DNA from: a virus
Taxonomy: Duplodnaviria > Caudoviricetes
Virus record (IMG/VR): IMGVR_UViG_3300022833_000412
Coordinates: 1-61,215 of that record
Length of the DNA: 61,215 nucleotides
Reading direction: 5' to 3' (one strand)
The notes under the pieces were generated by a model. The model was not told where the DNA came from, did not search any database, and saw only the letters and a list, made by a program, of their open reading frames with translations. Below are positions 28,274 to 38,636 of the stretch, piece by piece (the stretch's first letter is position 1; each line of letters opens with the position of its first letter). Position numbers and translations under genes: made by a program.

Positions 28274-29095
28274 ATGAATAAAGAAAAGAAAAACGCAGTA
28301 GTATCCCTCTCAGGAGGAATGGATTCAAGCACTCTATTACTAAAGTGCTTAAAAGAGTACAACACTGTCACCGGTATTTCATTTGATTACGGTCAGAAAC
28401 ATAGAGTAGAGTTAGAAAGAGCTCAACAACTAGTAGACTATTTAAGTTCCAAAGGACATAAAGTAACATATAGGCAGATACAACTAAACGGACTAGCAGA
28501 CTTATTAGAATCAGCTCTAGTAGAAGGAGGAGAAGATGTACCAGAAGGTTATTATGCTGAGGAGAATCAAAAAGCAACGGTTGTACCTAATAGAAATAAA
28601 ATATTCGCTTCAATTACTCAAGCAGTAGCTTTATCAATCGCTAACCGAACCCAAGAGAGTACAGATATAGCTTTAGGAATACATTCAGGAGATCATGAAA
28701 TATACCCAGACTGTAGACAGGAGTTTAGAGATGCAGACGATGCTGCTTTTAGAGAAGGTAACTGGGATGCAGAAAAAGTAAATTACTTTACACCATACTT
28801 AGAGGGAGATAAATTTACTATACTTCAAGACGGAGAAAAACTATGTAAAAGCTTAGGTCTTGACTTTGACGAGGTTTATAAAAGAACAAATACGTCTTAT
28901 AAGCCATACCCATCAGGAAATAGTGATATATACTCTGCTAGCTCTATTGAACGTATCGAAGCATTTATAAAACTAGGAAGACCTGATCCAATCCAGTATG
29001 AAGACGGAACCGGACTTGTAACCTGGGAATACGCTAAATACCAAGCACAGAAGACAATTGTTGCTTACTTTAAAACAGAAAAACAAAAACTATAA
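28274..29095 (+). CDS. queC: 7-cyano-7-deazaguanine synthase
   Basis: AVVSLSGGMDSST, FDYGQKH, TVVPNRN, YPDCR. Confidence 0.95.
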   Translation: MNKEKKNAVVSLSGGMDSSTLLLKCLKEYNTVTGISFDYGQKHRVELERAQQLVDYLSSKGHKVTYRQIQLNGLADLLESALVEGGEDVPEGYYAEENQKATVVPNRNKIFASITQAVALSIANRTQESTDIALGIHSGDHEIYPDCRQEFRDADDAAFREGNWDAEKVNYFTPYLEGDKFTILQDGEKLCKSLGLDFDEVYKRTNTSYKPYPSGNSDIYSASSIERIEAFIKLGRPDPIQYEDGTGLVTWEYAKYQAQKTIVAYFKTEKQKL

Positions 29096-29096
29096 T

Positions 29097-29366
29097 ATGA
29101 GCGAAAGAGAAATAATGAGTAGTAAAGAGTATAGTAGAACATCCAGAAAGTCAGATCTTGGAGTTAACACATACAAATACCATAGTACAGGACGTACAAG
29201 ACCTATTGCTACATTAACCCCCCATCCTAAAAAACACCAAATCATATCCTTTATTAAATCAGGGATTCGAATAATAGGGTACGGTTTTTTAGTAGTAGAT
29301 CCAGTAACAGCAATAGTTATACTAGTAGCAAGTGAAGTAGTAGGTATAATAGAGGAAATGGTTTAA
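29097..29366 (+). CDS. Hypothetical membrane-associated protein
   Basis: HQIISFIKSGIRIIG...EVVGIIEE. ATG 29097 preferred. Confidence 0.6.
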   Translation: MSEREIMSSKEYSRTSRKSDLGVNTYKYHSTGRTRPIATLTPHPKKHQIISFIKSGIRIIGYGFLVVDPVTAIVILVASEVVGIIEEMV

Positions 29367-29369
29367 GTT

Positions 29370-29621
29370 ATGAGTGAATTAATTTATATAAGCGCAGAAT
29401 GGTGTCAACCTTGTAAATCCTTTAGTCCAATTATAAGCAAAGTACAAGGTGTTGGAATACCCGTAACTAAGTTAGATGCAGATAGGGATAAGCAGGAATT
29501 AGTAAAGTACGGAGTTAAAACAGTACCTACACTACTAAAAATGAACTCTTCTGGTACAATCGTAGGAAAACTTACTGGGTTGAAGACATTTCAAGAAGTT
29601 GTTAACTTCTACAACCAGTAA
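29370..29621 (+). CDS. trxA: Thioredoxin
   Basis: AEWCQPCK active site; GVKTVPT. Confidence 0.9.
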   Translation: MSELIYISAEWCQPCKSFSPIISKVQGVGIPVTKLDADRDKQELVKYGVKTVPTLLKMNSSGTIVGKLTGLKTFQEVVNFYNQ

Positions 29622-29628
29622 GTAAACG

Positions 29629-29793
29629 GTGGGAGATTGTAAAACAACAGAACAGGAAGACGACCTTGCCAAGGATAGTAAATGGAAAATGTCAGAACCT
29701 AAACAAGGCTTTACAGAAGAAGACGAAAAAATCCTATCTAAGATGATGCAAAACATGTCACTCGAGAGTTTAAAGAAAAGTAAAACAAAATAA
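29629..29793 (+). CDS. Small hypothetical protein (not in ORF track)
   Basis: 54-aa GTG-start ORF filling the gap between thioredoxin and queE. Confidence 0.4.
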   Translation: MGDCKTTEQEDDLAKDSKWKMSEPKQGFTEEDEKILSKMMQNMSLESLKKSKTK

Positions 29794-29850
29794 AATACTT
29801 TAAAAGTAGTATAGTAAGTAAGAAGGTTGTATATTAAAGAAAAATAAAAA

Positions 29851-30687
29851 ATGAAGATAAATTTAGTAGAAAACGGGATCTTCCCGATTAAAGGTCAACT
29901 TGCAAAGGACTCTACTGGTTACTCTGTACCGGGAACTTTTCAAGGCGAAGGAAAACTTACAGGAACTCCTTGCTTGTTTGTAAGAACCTCAGGATGTAAC
30001 TTAAGATGTTCATGGGTTGGGGTAGATGGAAACGGATCCCCTTGTGATACCCCGTACTCTTCCCACAATCCAGAAAAAAATAAGATAGAAGTCGATGAAA
30101 TAGTTAGAATCGTATCTGAGAATACTTTAGATCAAGGTATTAAGTATGTTGTAGTTAGTGGAGGAGAGCCGACAATACAGCATAAAGGATTAGCAGAACT
30201 CTTACAGAAGTTTAAAGAGATAGGGTTACATACAACTATAGAAACCAACGCTACCATATACACAGACGAAGTAGCTAAATACACTGACTTAGTCTCAATG
30301 TCCCCTAAACTTTCAACCTCTACTCCGTGGATAAAGAACTTAAAGAATACTGGTATTGAGTATAGTTTAAAATGGGCAGACAAACATGAGCTAACTAGAA
30401 TTAATATAGAAGCAATGCAAAGCTTTATTAACGGCAGGAAACTATTTAATAATGACTTTCAGTTAAAATTCGTAGTATTAGAAGACGATGATATTGTAGA
30501 GATTGAAGAAATACTTGAACAATTAACAGGATGGGAACCTTCAGACGTATGTTTAATGCCAGAAGGAGTTGACGTAGATGCATTAAACAGTAGAACTAGA
30601 TGGGCTAGTGAAGAAGCACTTAAGAGAGGTTGGAGATTCACTCCAAGATTACATATTATGATGTTCGGTAAAAACAGAATGGTATAA
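29851..30687 (+). CDS. queE: 7-carboxy-7-deazaguanine synthase (radical SAM)
   Basis: TFQGEG, FVRTSGCNLRC...CDT, VVSGGEPT, IETN, SMSPKL, FTPRLH. Confidence 0.95.
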   Translation: MKINLVENGIFPIKGQLAKDSTGYSVPGTFQGEGKLTGTPCLFVRTSGCNLRCSWVGVDGNGSPCDTPYSSHNPEKNKIEVDEIVRIVSENTLDQGIKYVVVSGGEPTIQHKGLAELLQKFKEIGLHTTIETNATIYTDEVAKYTDLVSMSPKLSTSTPWIKNLKNTGIEYSLKWADKHELTRINIEAMQSFINGRKLFNNDFQLKFVVLEDDDIVEIEEILEQLTGWEPSDVCLMPEGVDVDALNSRTRWASEEALKRGWRFTPRLHIMMFGKNRMV

Positions 30688-30690
30688 CAG

Positions 30691-31221
30691 ATGCAAGAAC
30701 TAATTAATCGCAAAGCTATAGAAATTAAGACCAAGATACTAGCTAAGCAGATAGCAGACGAACATAGAGGAGATAAAACACCAGTCGTAATGGTAGGTTT
30801 ACTTAACGGCTGCTTTATGTTCTACTCAGAACTTGTACGCGCATTAGACGTTGATATTGAATGCGACTTTATGAGAGTTAAATCTTATATAAGTAAACGG
30901 AAACAAGGAGATATCCAAATTACGAAAGACTTGGAAACTGCAGTAAAAGGTAAACATATCTACCTTGTAGATGATATATACGATACAGGGAATACTATGA
31001 AAGCAGTATCAGAATACCTACAAGTTAAGAAGCCAGCATCTATAAACATTGTGACTTTAGTTAAGAGGCTAGAAAATGAATGGGACCCCTACGATGACGA
31101 AGTACCTACTATTAGACACTTCACTTGGGGATTTACTATTAAAGATGAGTGGATTGTAGGAATGGGATGCGACGACGAACACGGACATAATAGAAACCTA
31201 CCTTCTATATTTTCACTCTAA
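30691..31221 (+). CDS. hpt: Hypoxanthine/guanine phosphoribosyltransferase-like protein
   Basis: VGLLNGCFMF, PRPP-binding YLVDDIYDTGNT, WIVGMG.D....RNLP. Confidence 0.88.
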   Translation: MQELINRKAIEIKTKILAKQIADEHRGDKTPVVMVGLLNGCFMFYSELVRALDVDIECDFMRVKSYISKRKQGDIQITKDLETAVKGKHIYLVDDIYDTGNTMKAVSEYLQVKKPASINIVTLVKRLENEWDPYDDEVPTIRHFTWGFTIKDEWIVGMGCDDEHGHNRNLPSIFSL

Positions 31222-31257
31222 GTAGGAGAACATATAACTTTATACTATATTATACGT

Positions 31258-31767
31258 ATGATACTAAACAGCAGAGATATTCTAGAGAGAGGAATAATTA
31301 TTCCTTCAGAACACTCGAAGGAAGCACAGGTAGGAATCGACCTTAGCCTAGGAAAGGTTGAAAAGATTACAGGAGGTTCAGTAGTCTACAAAGAGACGAC
31401 AATAATAAATCCCGACTTTTTCGTAGACGTAGAAACTTCACGAGTAGATGGAAGAGACTGCTGGATACTAGAACCAGGAACGTATGCTTTATCCTTTAAC
31501 GAAGGTTGCTCTATACCGAGTAATTGCACCGGACTTATGCTACATAGAAGTTCTCTATATAGAACAGGTACACAGATAGTATCACCTGTATGGGATCCTG
31601 GTTACCGAACAGAGAAAATGGGTACAGTTATGATAGTGACAGTAAAGCTTATTGTAGAGCGAAACGCTAGAGTTTGTCAGATAATCTTCCACGAGAATAA
31701 CGAAGTAGATAAACTATACGACGGACAGTTTCAAGGAGGTACAACAGGGTTTGAAAAAGCGTCTTAA
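31258..31767 (+). CDS. dCTP deaminase / dUTPase family protein
   Basis: GIDLSL, RSSLYR, VWDPGY, RVCQI, YDGQFQG. Confidence 0.85.
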   Translation: MILNSRDILERGIIIPSEHSKEAQVGIDLSLGKVEKITGGSVVYKETTIINPDFFVDVETSRVDGRDCWILEPGTYALSFNEGCSIPSNCTGLMLHRSSLYRTGTQIVSPVWDPGYRTEKMGTVMIVTVKLIVERNARVCQIIFHENNEVDKLYDGQFQGGTTGFEKAS

Positions 31768-31799
31768 CTGCCTATTTATAACATATATACTAAACTAAA

Positions 31800-32204
31800 A
31801 TGAAAAGAACAGAACTTAGAGAACTGATAAAACAGAACCTACTTGAGATGAAAAACTCAGAAAGTAAGCGAACTCTTAATGAATCAACAGCAGGAGACCT
31901 AGACGATTTATTTAGTGCTCTAGGTTATAGCGGAGGATTTGATGAGTTTATAGAAGATAATCCAGGCTGTACAGAAGTAATGGTACAATGGATAGCAGAA
32001 GTACCAAACTTCCGAGAGAAACTATCTGACGAATTTAGTCGTGAGGAACTAGGAGATATGGGATTAGAAGGGTTAGGTATACGTGGATACGACGAAGAAG
32101 ATGACTTAGAAGAAGCTACCCATAAAAAAACAATGAAGGAAGATACTATGACAGAAGCAGTTAAAAAAGCTGATGCAATAGTAGCACGTTACATTCAAAA
32201 ATAG
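31800..32204 (+). CDS. Acidic hypothetical protein, probable internal head protein
   Basis: Late box at 31773; MKRTELRELIK N-terminus and several (L/M)xE sites. Confidence 0.65.
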   Translation: MKRTELRELIKQNLLEMKNSESKRTLNESTAGDLDDLFSALGYSGGFDEFIEDNPGCTEVMVQWIAEVPNFREKLSDEFSREELGDMGLEGLGIRGYDEEDDLEEATHKKTMKEDTMTEAVKKADAIVARYIQK

Positions 32205-32226
32205 AACACTACTAATACCCTAAATT

Positions 32227-32251
32227 AAGCTTGCTTTGGCAGGCTTTTTTT
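32227..32251 (+). terminator. Terminator overlapping the polA promoter
   Basis: AAGCTTGC-TTTG-GCAGGCTT stem plus T run. The TTG at 32231 is the -33 element, with TATATTTA at 32254. Confidence 0.7.
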
Positions 32252-32266
32252 ATTATATTTAAGTTA

Positions 32267-34606
32267 ATGGAAAAGGTTATACAAAAAGAATACGTTAATG
32301 TCAGGACAAGAGAGGAACTACTAGTACTCTGGAAGGAACTAGAAAGTCATGATAAGATTGCAATAGATACTGAGACTACCTCACTAAACACTCGGAAGGG
32401 TAAGATAATAGGTGTTTCCTTCTCTACAGAAGAAGGTAACGGTTGGTATATACCTTCTAGGATATGGAATAAAGAGACGGAGACGTTAGATGAGGTATTT
32501 ATAGATGGAGTAGGTGTAGACAGTATAATGGTTAAGTTATTAAAGACTTTAATAGGTAAGAAGTTAATCGGACACAATCTTGCATTCGATTGTAAATTTA
32601 TCATGTATTTCTACGGTGTCAACTTGATCCCGGACATATGGGTAGATACAGCACTGCTAGTACATACGGTAAAGGAAGAAGGTGCTTTCGGATACGGAAA
32701 TCCTTTCGGACTAAAGTCAATAGCAATTATGATTCAAGACGAAATCGGATTAGATGTAAAAGAATCAGCAAACCAAGAGCAATTAGAACTTAAAGCTTCC
32801 ATTAAGGAGAACGGAGGAGTAACTACAAGAGTATTATACGAAATCTACAAAGCCGACATAGATATACTATCAAAGTATGCAGCTGCGGATACAGATCTAA
32901 CTTTAAGGATATGTAATCACTTCTTAAAAGTATTAGAAAAGGAAGGACTCGAGAAACTATTCTTTGAAGATGAGGTAATGCCCCTGTATAGAGAAGTTAC
33001 TATACCTATGGAGATAGAAGGTATTGCTCTAGATATACCACTTATAGAAGAAACCAGAGAAGCCATTGTAAAAGACCAAGCTAATTTTAAAGACTCAGTA
33101 ATGACAGAGTTATTAAAGTTAAGCGAAGTAAAGAGTTGGATAATGGACTCGGCCTTAAAAGCATTCCCACCCTCTCCAAAAGGTAAATGGGCATCTACCC
33201 TAGTAGATTTATATGGACTCCCGATGCCTAAAACAGCAAGAGGTTATTCACTTAAGCAATCTAACGTCGAAGCGCTTGATGACCATCCAGTAAGAGAGTA
33301 CCTACTTAGTGGAGAACTTAACCACCTCAAAGAAGAAGTAGTACTTAGAGTTTCAATGAAGCTTTGGAAAGATGCTAACGACGGAGTATTAATCAATATA
33401 CAGTCTAAGAAGCAGTTAGCAGAGATAACATTTAATTACCTAAAAGAGAAACCTCTATCAAAAACTGCAAAGGGTCAACCTCAATTTGACGACGATACTA
33501 TTCAAGCACTTTCCGGAAAGTACGAATGGTTGCAGAACCTACGTCTATACAACAAACTACTTAAGATAAAATCAACCTACATAGACAGGTTTTATACCGC
33601 AGCAGAAGATGGAAGATTTTACCCCTACTTTAAACAGAACGGAACTGTATCCGGGAGATACGGATCAGACCTTCAACAACTACCAAAACCTAAAGAAGAA
33701 GGAGAAGCAGATCCAATAATTGTAAAGTATACAAATACGATTAGAGCCTTCTTTATATCAGATCCTGAACATGTATTTATCGATAGCGATTATACTTCTT
33801 TAGAGCCTCACTTATTCGCTTCAGTATCAGATGACAAAGCGTTACAAGAGATCTTTAACAAGGAACATGATTTCTACTCTACCGTAGCAATACGAACCGA
33901 GAAGTTAAACGATCAGACAACTAAATACCCTAACGGAGTATCTGCTGATACTAAAGCACCTAACTACCTTAAGAAAATAGACGCACCTAAGAGAAATACA
34001 GCTAAAGGGTATTCCTTAGGTATAGCGTACGGAATGTCTGCTTTTGCTTTATCAATGTCTCTAGGAGTATCTAAAGAAGAAGGTAAACGTTTACACCAAG
34101 GTTATCTAGACGGTTTCCCCGGAGTGGCTCAATGGATAATTAATTCGAGAGAATCTTTCAAGAGAGATGGTTTTATCAAAAACGAAGTAGGACGTATTAG
34201 ACACCTGGATAAAGGTAAAGCAGTCTACGATATATTTGGAGATTCTATTATGGACTGGAAAGTTCGAGGAGAGTTAGGGAGAGAGTACGGTAAAGACCAA
34301 GTACTTCAATGGTATAGAGATTATAAGAACGCATTAAACAGTTCGTTAAATTACCAACTACAAAGTATGGCTGCATCCGTAGTAAATAGAGCAGCTTTAG
34401 CTATAAATAGAAAATTTAAAGAGTTAGGAATAGGTGGAGTTGTAATAGCACAAATACATGACCAATTAGTAATAAAATGTCCAGCAGATAAAGCAGAAGA
34501 ATGTCTACCGTGGGTTCAAGACTTAATGGAAAATACTACGAAAATGAAAGGTGTAACATTAAAAGCACCTCCAGAAATAGGAAAGAACATGGCTGAAGCT
34601 CACTAG
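32267..34606 (+). CDS. polA: DNA polymerase family A with 3'-5' exonuclease
   Basis: ExoI IAIDTETT, GHNLAFD, YAAADTD; TVSGRY; motif A DSDYTSLE; motif B AKGYSLGIAYG; motif C QIHDQL. True start is probably ATG 32267 (TTG 32231 lies in the promoter). Confidence 0.95.
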   Translation: MEKVIQKEYVNVRTREELLVLWKELESHDKIAIDTETTSLNTRKGKIIGVSFSTEEGNGWYIPSRIWNKETETLDEVFIDGVGVDSIMVKLLKTLIGKKLIGHNLAFDCKFIMYFYGVNLIPDIWVDTALLVHTVKEEGAFGYGNPFGLKSIAIMIQDEIGLDVKESANQEQLELKASIKENGGVTTRVLYEIYKADIDILSKYAAADTDLTLRICNHFLKVLEKEGLEKLFFEDEVMPLYREVTIPMEIEGIALDIPLIEETREAIVKDQANFKDSVMTELLKLSEVKSWIMDSALKAFPPSPKGKWASTLVDLYGLPMPKTARGYSLKQSNVEALDDHPVREYLLSGELNHLKEEVVLRVSMKLWKDANDGVLINIQSKKQLAEITFNYLKEKPLSKTAKGQPQFDDDTIQALSGKYEWLQNLRLYNKLLKIKSTYIDRFYTAAEDGRFYPYFKQNGTVSGRYGSDLQQLPKPKEEGEADPIIVKYTNTIRAFFISDPEHVFIDSDYTSLEPHLFASVSDDKALQEIFNKEHDFYSTVAIRTEKLNDQTTKYPNGVSADTKAPNYLKKIDAPKRNTAKGYSLGIAYGMSAFALSMSLGVSKEEGKRLHQGYLDGFPGVAQWIINSRESFKRDGFIKNEVGRIRHLDKGKAVYDIFGDSIMDWKVRGELGREYGKDQVLQWYRDYKNALNSSLNYQLQSMAASVVNRAALAINRKFKELGIGGVVIAQIHDQLVIKCPADKAEECLPWVQDLMENTTKMKGVTLKAPPEIGKNMAEAH

Positions 34607-34674
34607 TAAATAAGTAGTTATACATTAAAGATTAAAGTTGTAAACCATTAAAAAAGAAACTATATTAAAGTTAT

Positions 34675-34959
34675 ATGAATAAGGAACAAACCACTAACAT
34701 GAAATTCTTAACTGATCCTAAGCTACATCCTTACAGCTTTCAAATGGATCAATACTGCTATGCAGTATATAAAGAAGTAAAAGCTAAAAAGTCAGGTAAT
34801 AGACGTATAATAACTCTAGGTTACACCACAGGGATAGAGAAAGGATTTCAGATGATTAAACACGACGCACTTAAAGATGAAGATTATAAAAGTCTACACG
34901 AGTATATAGATAAAATGTCAACAATTATAGATAACTTAAATTCAATACAATTAACATGA
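34675..34959 (+). CDS. Hypothetical protein
   Basis: 94 aa; promoter at 34638. Confidence 0.65.
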   Translation: MNKEQTTNMKFLTDPKLHPYSFQMDQYCYAVYKEVKAKKSGNRRIITLGYTTGIEKGFQMIKHDALKDEDYKSLHEYIDKMSTIIDNLNSIQLT

Positions 34960-35255
34960 AACTAAAAGCAGTTTACAATGCAGTTATCGTCAAACCTATA
35001 GAGCTAGGAGACGAGTATCACGGAAACATCATAGTACCGGACCTCGGCAGCGAGAAGAACAAGATGGGAGAAGTAACAAGTATAGGTCCAGGGCATAATA
35101 TGCCAGGCGTAGGTTTTATACCCACCCTGTTAAAAGAAGGGGATCAGGTAGTACTACCAGCAATGGGATTCACTAGGTTTGAATTCAAAGGAGAAGAGTA
35201 CTTCATAGGACCTGAGAACCAAATATTAGCACTATTAGAAAAAGAAGAAGAGTAA
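34956..35255 (+). CDS. groES: Co-chaperonin GroES
   Basis: LKAVYNAVIVKP, GNIIVPD, GEVTSIGPG, LKEGDQV. Confidence 0.92.
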   Translation: MKLKAVYNAVIVKPIELGDEYHGNIIVPDLGSEKNKMGEVTSIGPGHNMPGVGFIPTLLKEGDQVVLPAMGFTRFEFKGEEYFIGPENQILALLEKEEE

Positions 35256-35258
35256 AAC

Positions 35259-36872
35259 ATGAGCAAACACATAAAATATTCAAACGAAGCTAGGAAGCAA
35301 CTACTTGACGGTATTGACTTACTAGCAAATGCAGTAACCGCTACCTTAGGTCCGAATGGTCGAAACGTAGTGTATAGAGACGAGACTGGAGAAGTTAGAT
35401 CTACTAAAGACGGTGTAACAGTAGCAAAGGTAATAGAGTTTAGCGACCCTGTTAGATCTATAGCGATAGATATGATAAAGCAGGTTGCAATTAACACTGC
35501 TAATACAGCAGGAGACGGAACAACTACAGCAACATTACTAGCTCAGATAATAACTACTAAAGGGTTGAACGCTTTAGATCAGAGAGAGAATGCAGTACAA
35601 GTAAAAAGAGAGCTAGATGAAACAGTGAAGAAGGTTATGGAGTACCTTAAAGAGAATGTAGTTACAGAGATAACATCAGAAGAGCAGTTAAAGCAGGTTG
35701 CCACGGTGTCTGCCAACAATGACGAAGAGGTAGGTAATCTTATTACATCAGCCTTAGAAGCAGTGGGGAGAGACGGTATTGTAACTATCGAAGAATCAAG
35801 GACAGGAGAAACTTATCTTGAAACTGTAGAAGGTATTCAATTCGATAGGGGTTATAAATCTCCATACTTTGTTAGTGATAATGCATCGATGTCTGCAATC
35901 TTAGACTCACCTTACATCTTAATATACGATGGGAAACTATCACAAGCTAAAGACCTCCTACCAGTATTAGAATATGTATCATCAGAGAACAAATCTCTGT
36001 TAATAGTATGTGAGGATATTGATAACGAAGCATTAGCGACTTTGATTGTAAATAAGATGAGAGGTACTTTAAAAGTAGTAGCAGTAAAAGCACCAGACTT
36101 TGGGGACCGTAGAAAGCTTATTATGGAAGACATAGCTATATTAACCGGAGGACAGGTAATTAGTCCGGAAAAAGGTATGAAGCTAAGTAGGTTAGATAAA
36201 TCCTGGTTCGGTCAAGCAAGAAAAGCAAATATAATGAAAGAGAATACTATCATTATAGACGGTAAAGGAGAAGCTGATAATATAGCTAAAAGACTAGATG
36301 AATTAAAATTACAAATAGATCATTCTAAGTCTCCTTTTGAAACTGAAAAACTACAAGAACGCTTAGGTAAGTTTACTGGCGGAGTTTCTATCATACATGT
36401 AGGAGGTAACTCTGAATTAGAAATGAAAGAGACTAAAGATAGAGTTGAAGACTCTTTACATGCTACCAGAGCAGCAATTGAACAAGGAATAGTACCTGGA
36501 GGTGGAGCAGCATTACTACATGCAAGTCGAAGTATACTTAAAACTTCTACAGGAGCAAGTATAGTTAAGCAAGCATGTCAAGCACCTTTTATTAAAATAC
36601 TCTCTAACGCAGGATACGAACAAAGCGAGATTGAGACGATAATAGAAGATGTAGTAGCTAAGGGACCTTGGTACGGTTACCATGTATACGATAAAGAAGT
36701 TGTTAATATGAAGGAAGCAGGTATAATTGATCCTTTTAAAGTAACTAGGACTGCTTTAGAGAATGCATCTTCCGTAGCAGGTACAATTATGCTAACCGAA
36801 GCAGTAGTAGCAGACGAACCTACTATTACACCAACAAAGGAAGGTTCGCCAGAAGAACTAATGCTAGGTTAA
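35259..36872 (+). CDS. groEL: Chaperonin GroEL
   Basis: TLGPNGRNV, TKDGVTVAK, AGDGTTTAT, EGIQFDRGY, GIVPGGG, GIIDP. Confidence 0.97.
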   Translation: MSKHIKYSNEARKQLLDGIDLLANAVTATLGPNGRNVVYRDETGEVRSTKDGVTVAKVIEFSDPVRSIAIDMIKQVAINTANTAGDGTTTATLLAQIITTKGLNALDQRENAVQVKRELDETVKKVMEYLKENVVTEITSEEQLKQVATVSANNDEEVGNLITSALEAVGRDGIVTIEESRTGETYLETVEGIQFDRGYKSPYFVSDNASMSAILDSPYILIYDGKLSQAKDLLPVLEYVSSENKSLLIVCEDIDNEALATLIVNKMRGTLKVVAVKAPDFGDRRKLIMEDIAILTGGQVISPEKGMKLSRLDKSWFGQARKANIMKENTIIIDGKGEADNIAKRLDELKLQIDHSKSPFETEKLQERLGKFTGGVSIIHVGGNSELEMKETKDRVEDSLHATRAAIEQGIVPGGGAALLHASRSILKTSTGASIVKQACQAPFIKILSNAGYEQSEIETIIEDVVAKGPWYGYHVYDKEVVNMKEAGIIDPFKVTRTALENASSVAGTIMLTEAVVADEPTITPTKEGSPEELMLG

Positions 36873-36878
36873 ACTAAA

Positions 36879-37133
36879 ATGACTGAGGATAAACAACAAC
36901 TCACTCTCATAGCAAAAAGAAACCCGCCTGGTGACAGGTGGGTACTTGAGGGAGAAAGCGATACTCACGAAGGTATAACACAAACCTTGCAAGCCTGGTT
37001 TGATAAGACCGGACTAAAGTCAGACTTTCAACTCGAACCTCTAAAAGGAAAGCTCTATGCTATTTCAACTATTGCAGTAGAAGTGAAAGAGGAGATAAAG
37101 AGCTTCTCCATATACGGTGATTACTCTCTATAA
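36879..37133 (+). CDS. Hypothetical protein
   Basis: 84 aa, IAKRNPPGDRW. Confidence 0.6.
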   Translation: MTEDKQQLTLIAKRNPPGDRWVLEGESDTHEGITQTLQAWFDKTGLKSDFQLEPLKGKLYAISTIAVEVKEEIKSFSIYGDYSL

Positions 37134-37167
37134 AATTAAATTAAAACATACTAAAGAAAAAAAACAT

Positions 37168-37416
37168 ATGGAACAACCAAGCCAACCAAACATTGATTTA
37201 AAAAACACAACCGCTATCAAAAGCTCAACCGGTAACCAACTTTTTGCAGAAGGAGTAATTCTTCGCAAAGTTTCTAAATTTGTATCTGGAACTGCGGAAG
37301 ACGGAATGCTACCAATACCAGTATTCTACGACGTAAAAACAGGAGAGATACTATCTGAAACCTTACCAAAAGCATTAAGAAGTGAATTCTTAAACGAAAC
37401 CGAAGAAGGTGAATAG
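37168..37416 (+). CDS. Hypothetical protein
   Basis: GVILRKVSKFVSGT..D..LPIPVFYD. ATG 37168 preferred. Confidence 0.65.
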   Translation: MEQPSQPNIDLKNTTAIKSSTGNQLFAEGVILRKVSKFVSGTAEDGMLPIPVFYDVKTGEILSETLPKALRSEFLNETEEGE

Positions 37417-37633
37417 CATTAAGTATTCAGGATTTCAACCTGACTCTATAGTAAAGAGTATAAACGAGGATCTAGTTAAACGAGCCGAAGTAGGTTTCCT
37501 TAAATACGGAGCAACTATGGACAGGGATGACCTTACTCCGGTAGATTGGATCACGCACGCTATCGAGGAAGTAATGGACCAGTTACTATACCTACAAAAG
37601 CTAAAAGTAGAACTCTTAAAGAACAGTAAATAA
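37409..37633 (+). CDS. Small conserved phage protein (possible all-alpha nucleotide pyrophosphatase-like)
   Basis: RAEVGFLKYGATMDRDDL..W..HAIEEVMDQLLY (EExxD motif). Confidence 0.55.
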   Translation: MNSIKYSGFQPDSIVKSINEDLVKRAEVGFLKYGATMDRDDLTPVDWITHAIEEVMDQLLYLQKLKVELLKNSK

Positions 37634-37635
37634 GT

Positions 37636-38592
37636 ATGGCAAAGAAGCAGCTCCCAAAGATATTAAAAGAGATAAAAGATTATAGTCCAGTCATACCAGA
37701 CAAGGAGAAAGGACAGAATCATATATCATACTCACAAATATCTATGTACACCCAGTGTCCTAAACAATGGGAGCTGTCTTATAAAGAAAACTTACGAGAG
37801 TATACCGAATCGATCCATACACTTTTTGGGAGCAGTTTCCATTTCGTAATACAAGAGTACTATGAAACGTTCTACAACAACTCTGTAAAAGCAGCAGACG
37901 AAATGAACCTAGAAGAAAATCTAGAGAGTCAAATGAGAACTAACTACGCAGAAAGTGTAAAGAAGAGCGGAGGTCACTTCTCAACAGCGAAAGATTTATC
38001 CGAATTTTATGAAGACGGGGTAGAGATCCTTCGAGAGTTTAAAAGGAGGAGAGCTAGCTACTTAACTAAAACCGGATGGCACCTTGCCGGAATTGAAATA
38101 CCTATAATGGTAACGCCAGAAAAAGACTATGAAAACATTCTATTTAAAGGCTTTATAGATGCAGTACTATACCACGAACCAACAGAATCTTTCATTTTGG
38201 TTGACTTCAAAACCTCGACCAGAGGTTGGAATGCAAAGAAGAAGAAAGACGTAATGACACAAAACCAACTCATCTTATACAAAGAATTCTTTGCACGACA
38301 ATTTAACGTGCCTAAAGAAAAGATAGATGTGAAGTTTATGATACTAAAGCGTAAGGTATTCGCAAACAGTGATTACCCTCAACCAAGGATATCCGAATCC
38401 AGACTTTTATCCGGACCAATAAAGACAAAGAAAGCAGTCAACCTAGTTAAAGACTTCATCGAAAGAAGCTTTAACAAAGACGGTTCGTATGCAGACACTA
38501 CGTACGCTAAGGAACCATCACAGACTAACTGTAAATACTGCAACTTTAAAGACAGGCCAGATCTCTGCGATAGGAAGAGGGGGGCTGCATAA
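37636..38592 (+). CDS. Cas4/RecB-like PD-(D/E)XK exonuclease
   Basis: ISYSQI...QCP, GSSFH, FKGFIDAV, LVDFKTS, QLILY, C-terminal CKYCNF...C. Confidence 0.88.
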   Translation: MAKKQLPKILKEIKDYSPVIPDKEKGQNHISYSQISMYTQCPKQWELSYKENLREYTESIHTLFGSSFHFVIQEYYETFYNNSVKAADEMNLEENLESQMRTNYAESVKKSGGHFSTAKDLSEFYEDGVEILREFKRRRASYLTKTGWHLAGIEIPIMVTPEKDYENILFKGFIDAVLYHEPTESFILVDFKTSTRGWNAKKKKDVMTQNQLILYKEFFARQFNVPKEKIDVKFMILKRKVFANSDYPQPRISESRLLSGPIKTKKAVNLVKDFIERSFNKDGSYADTTYAKEPSQTNCKYCNFKDRPDLCDRKRGAA

Positions 38593-38636
38593 CAAACAAA
38601 GTCCCGCAAATTATATACCATATATATCCTTACTAG

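Noticed and set aside
20665-34606. Inteins or introns in nrdJ and polA
   Set aside because: Both read as continuous proteins of normal length with no Hint motifs.
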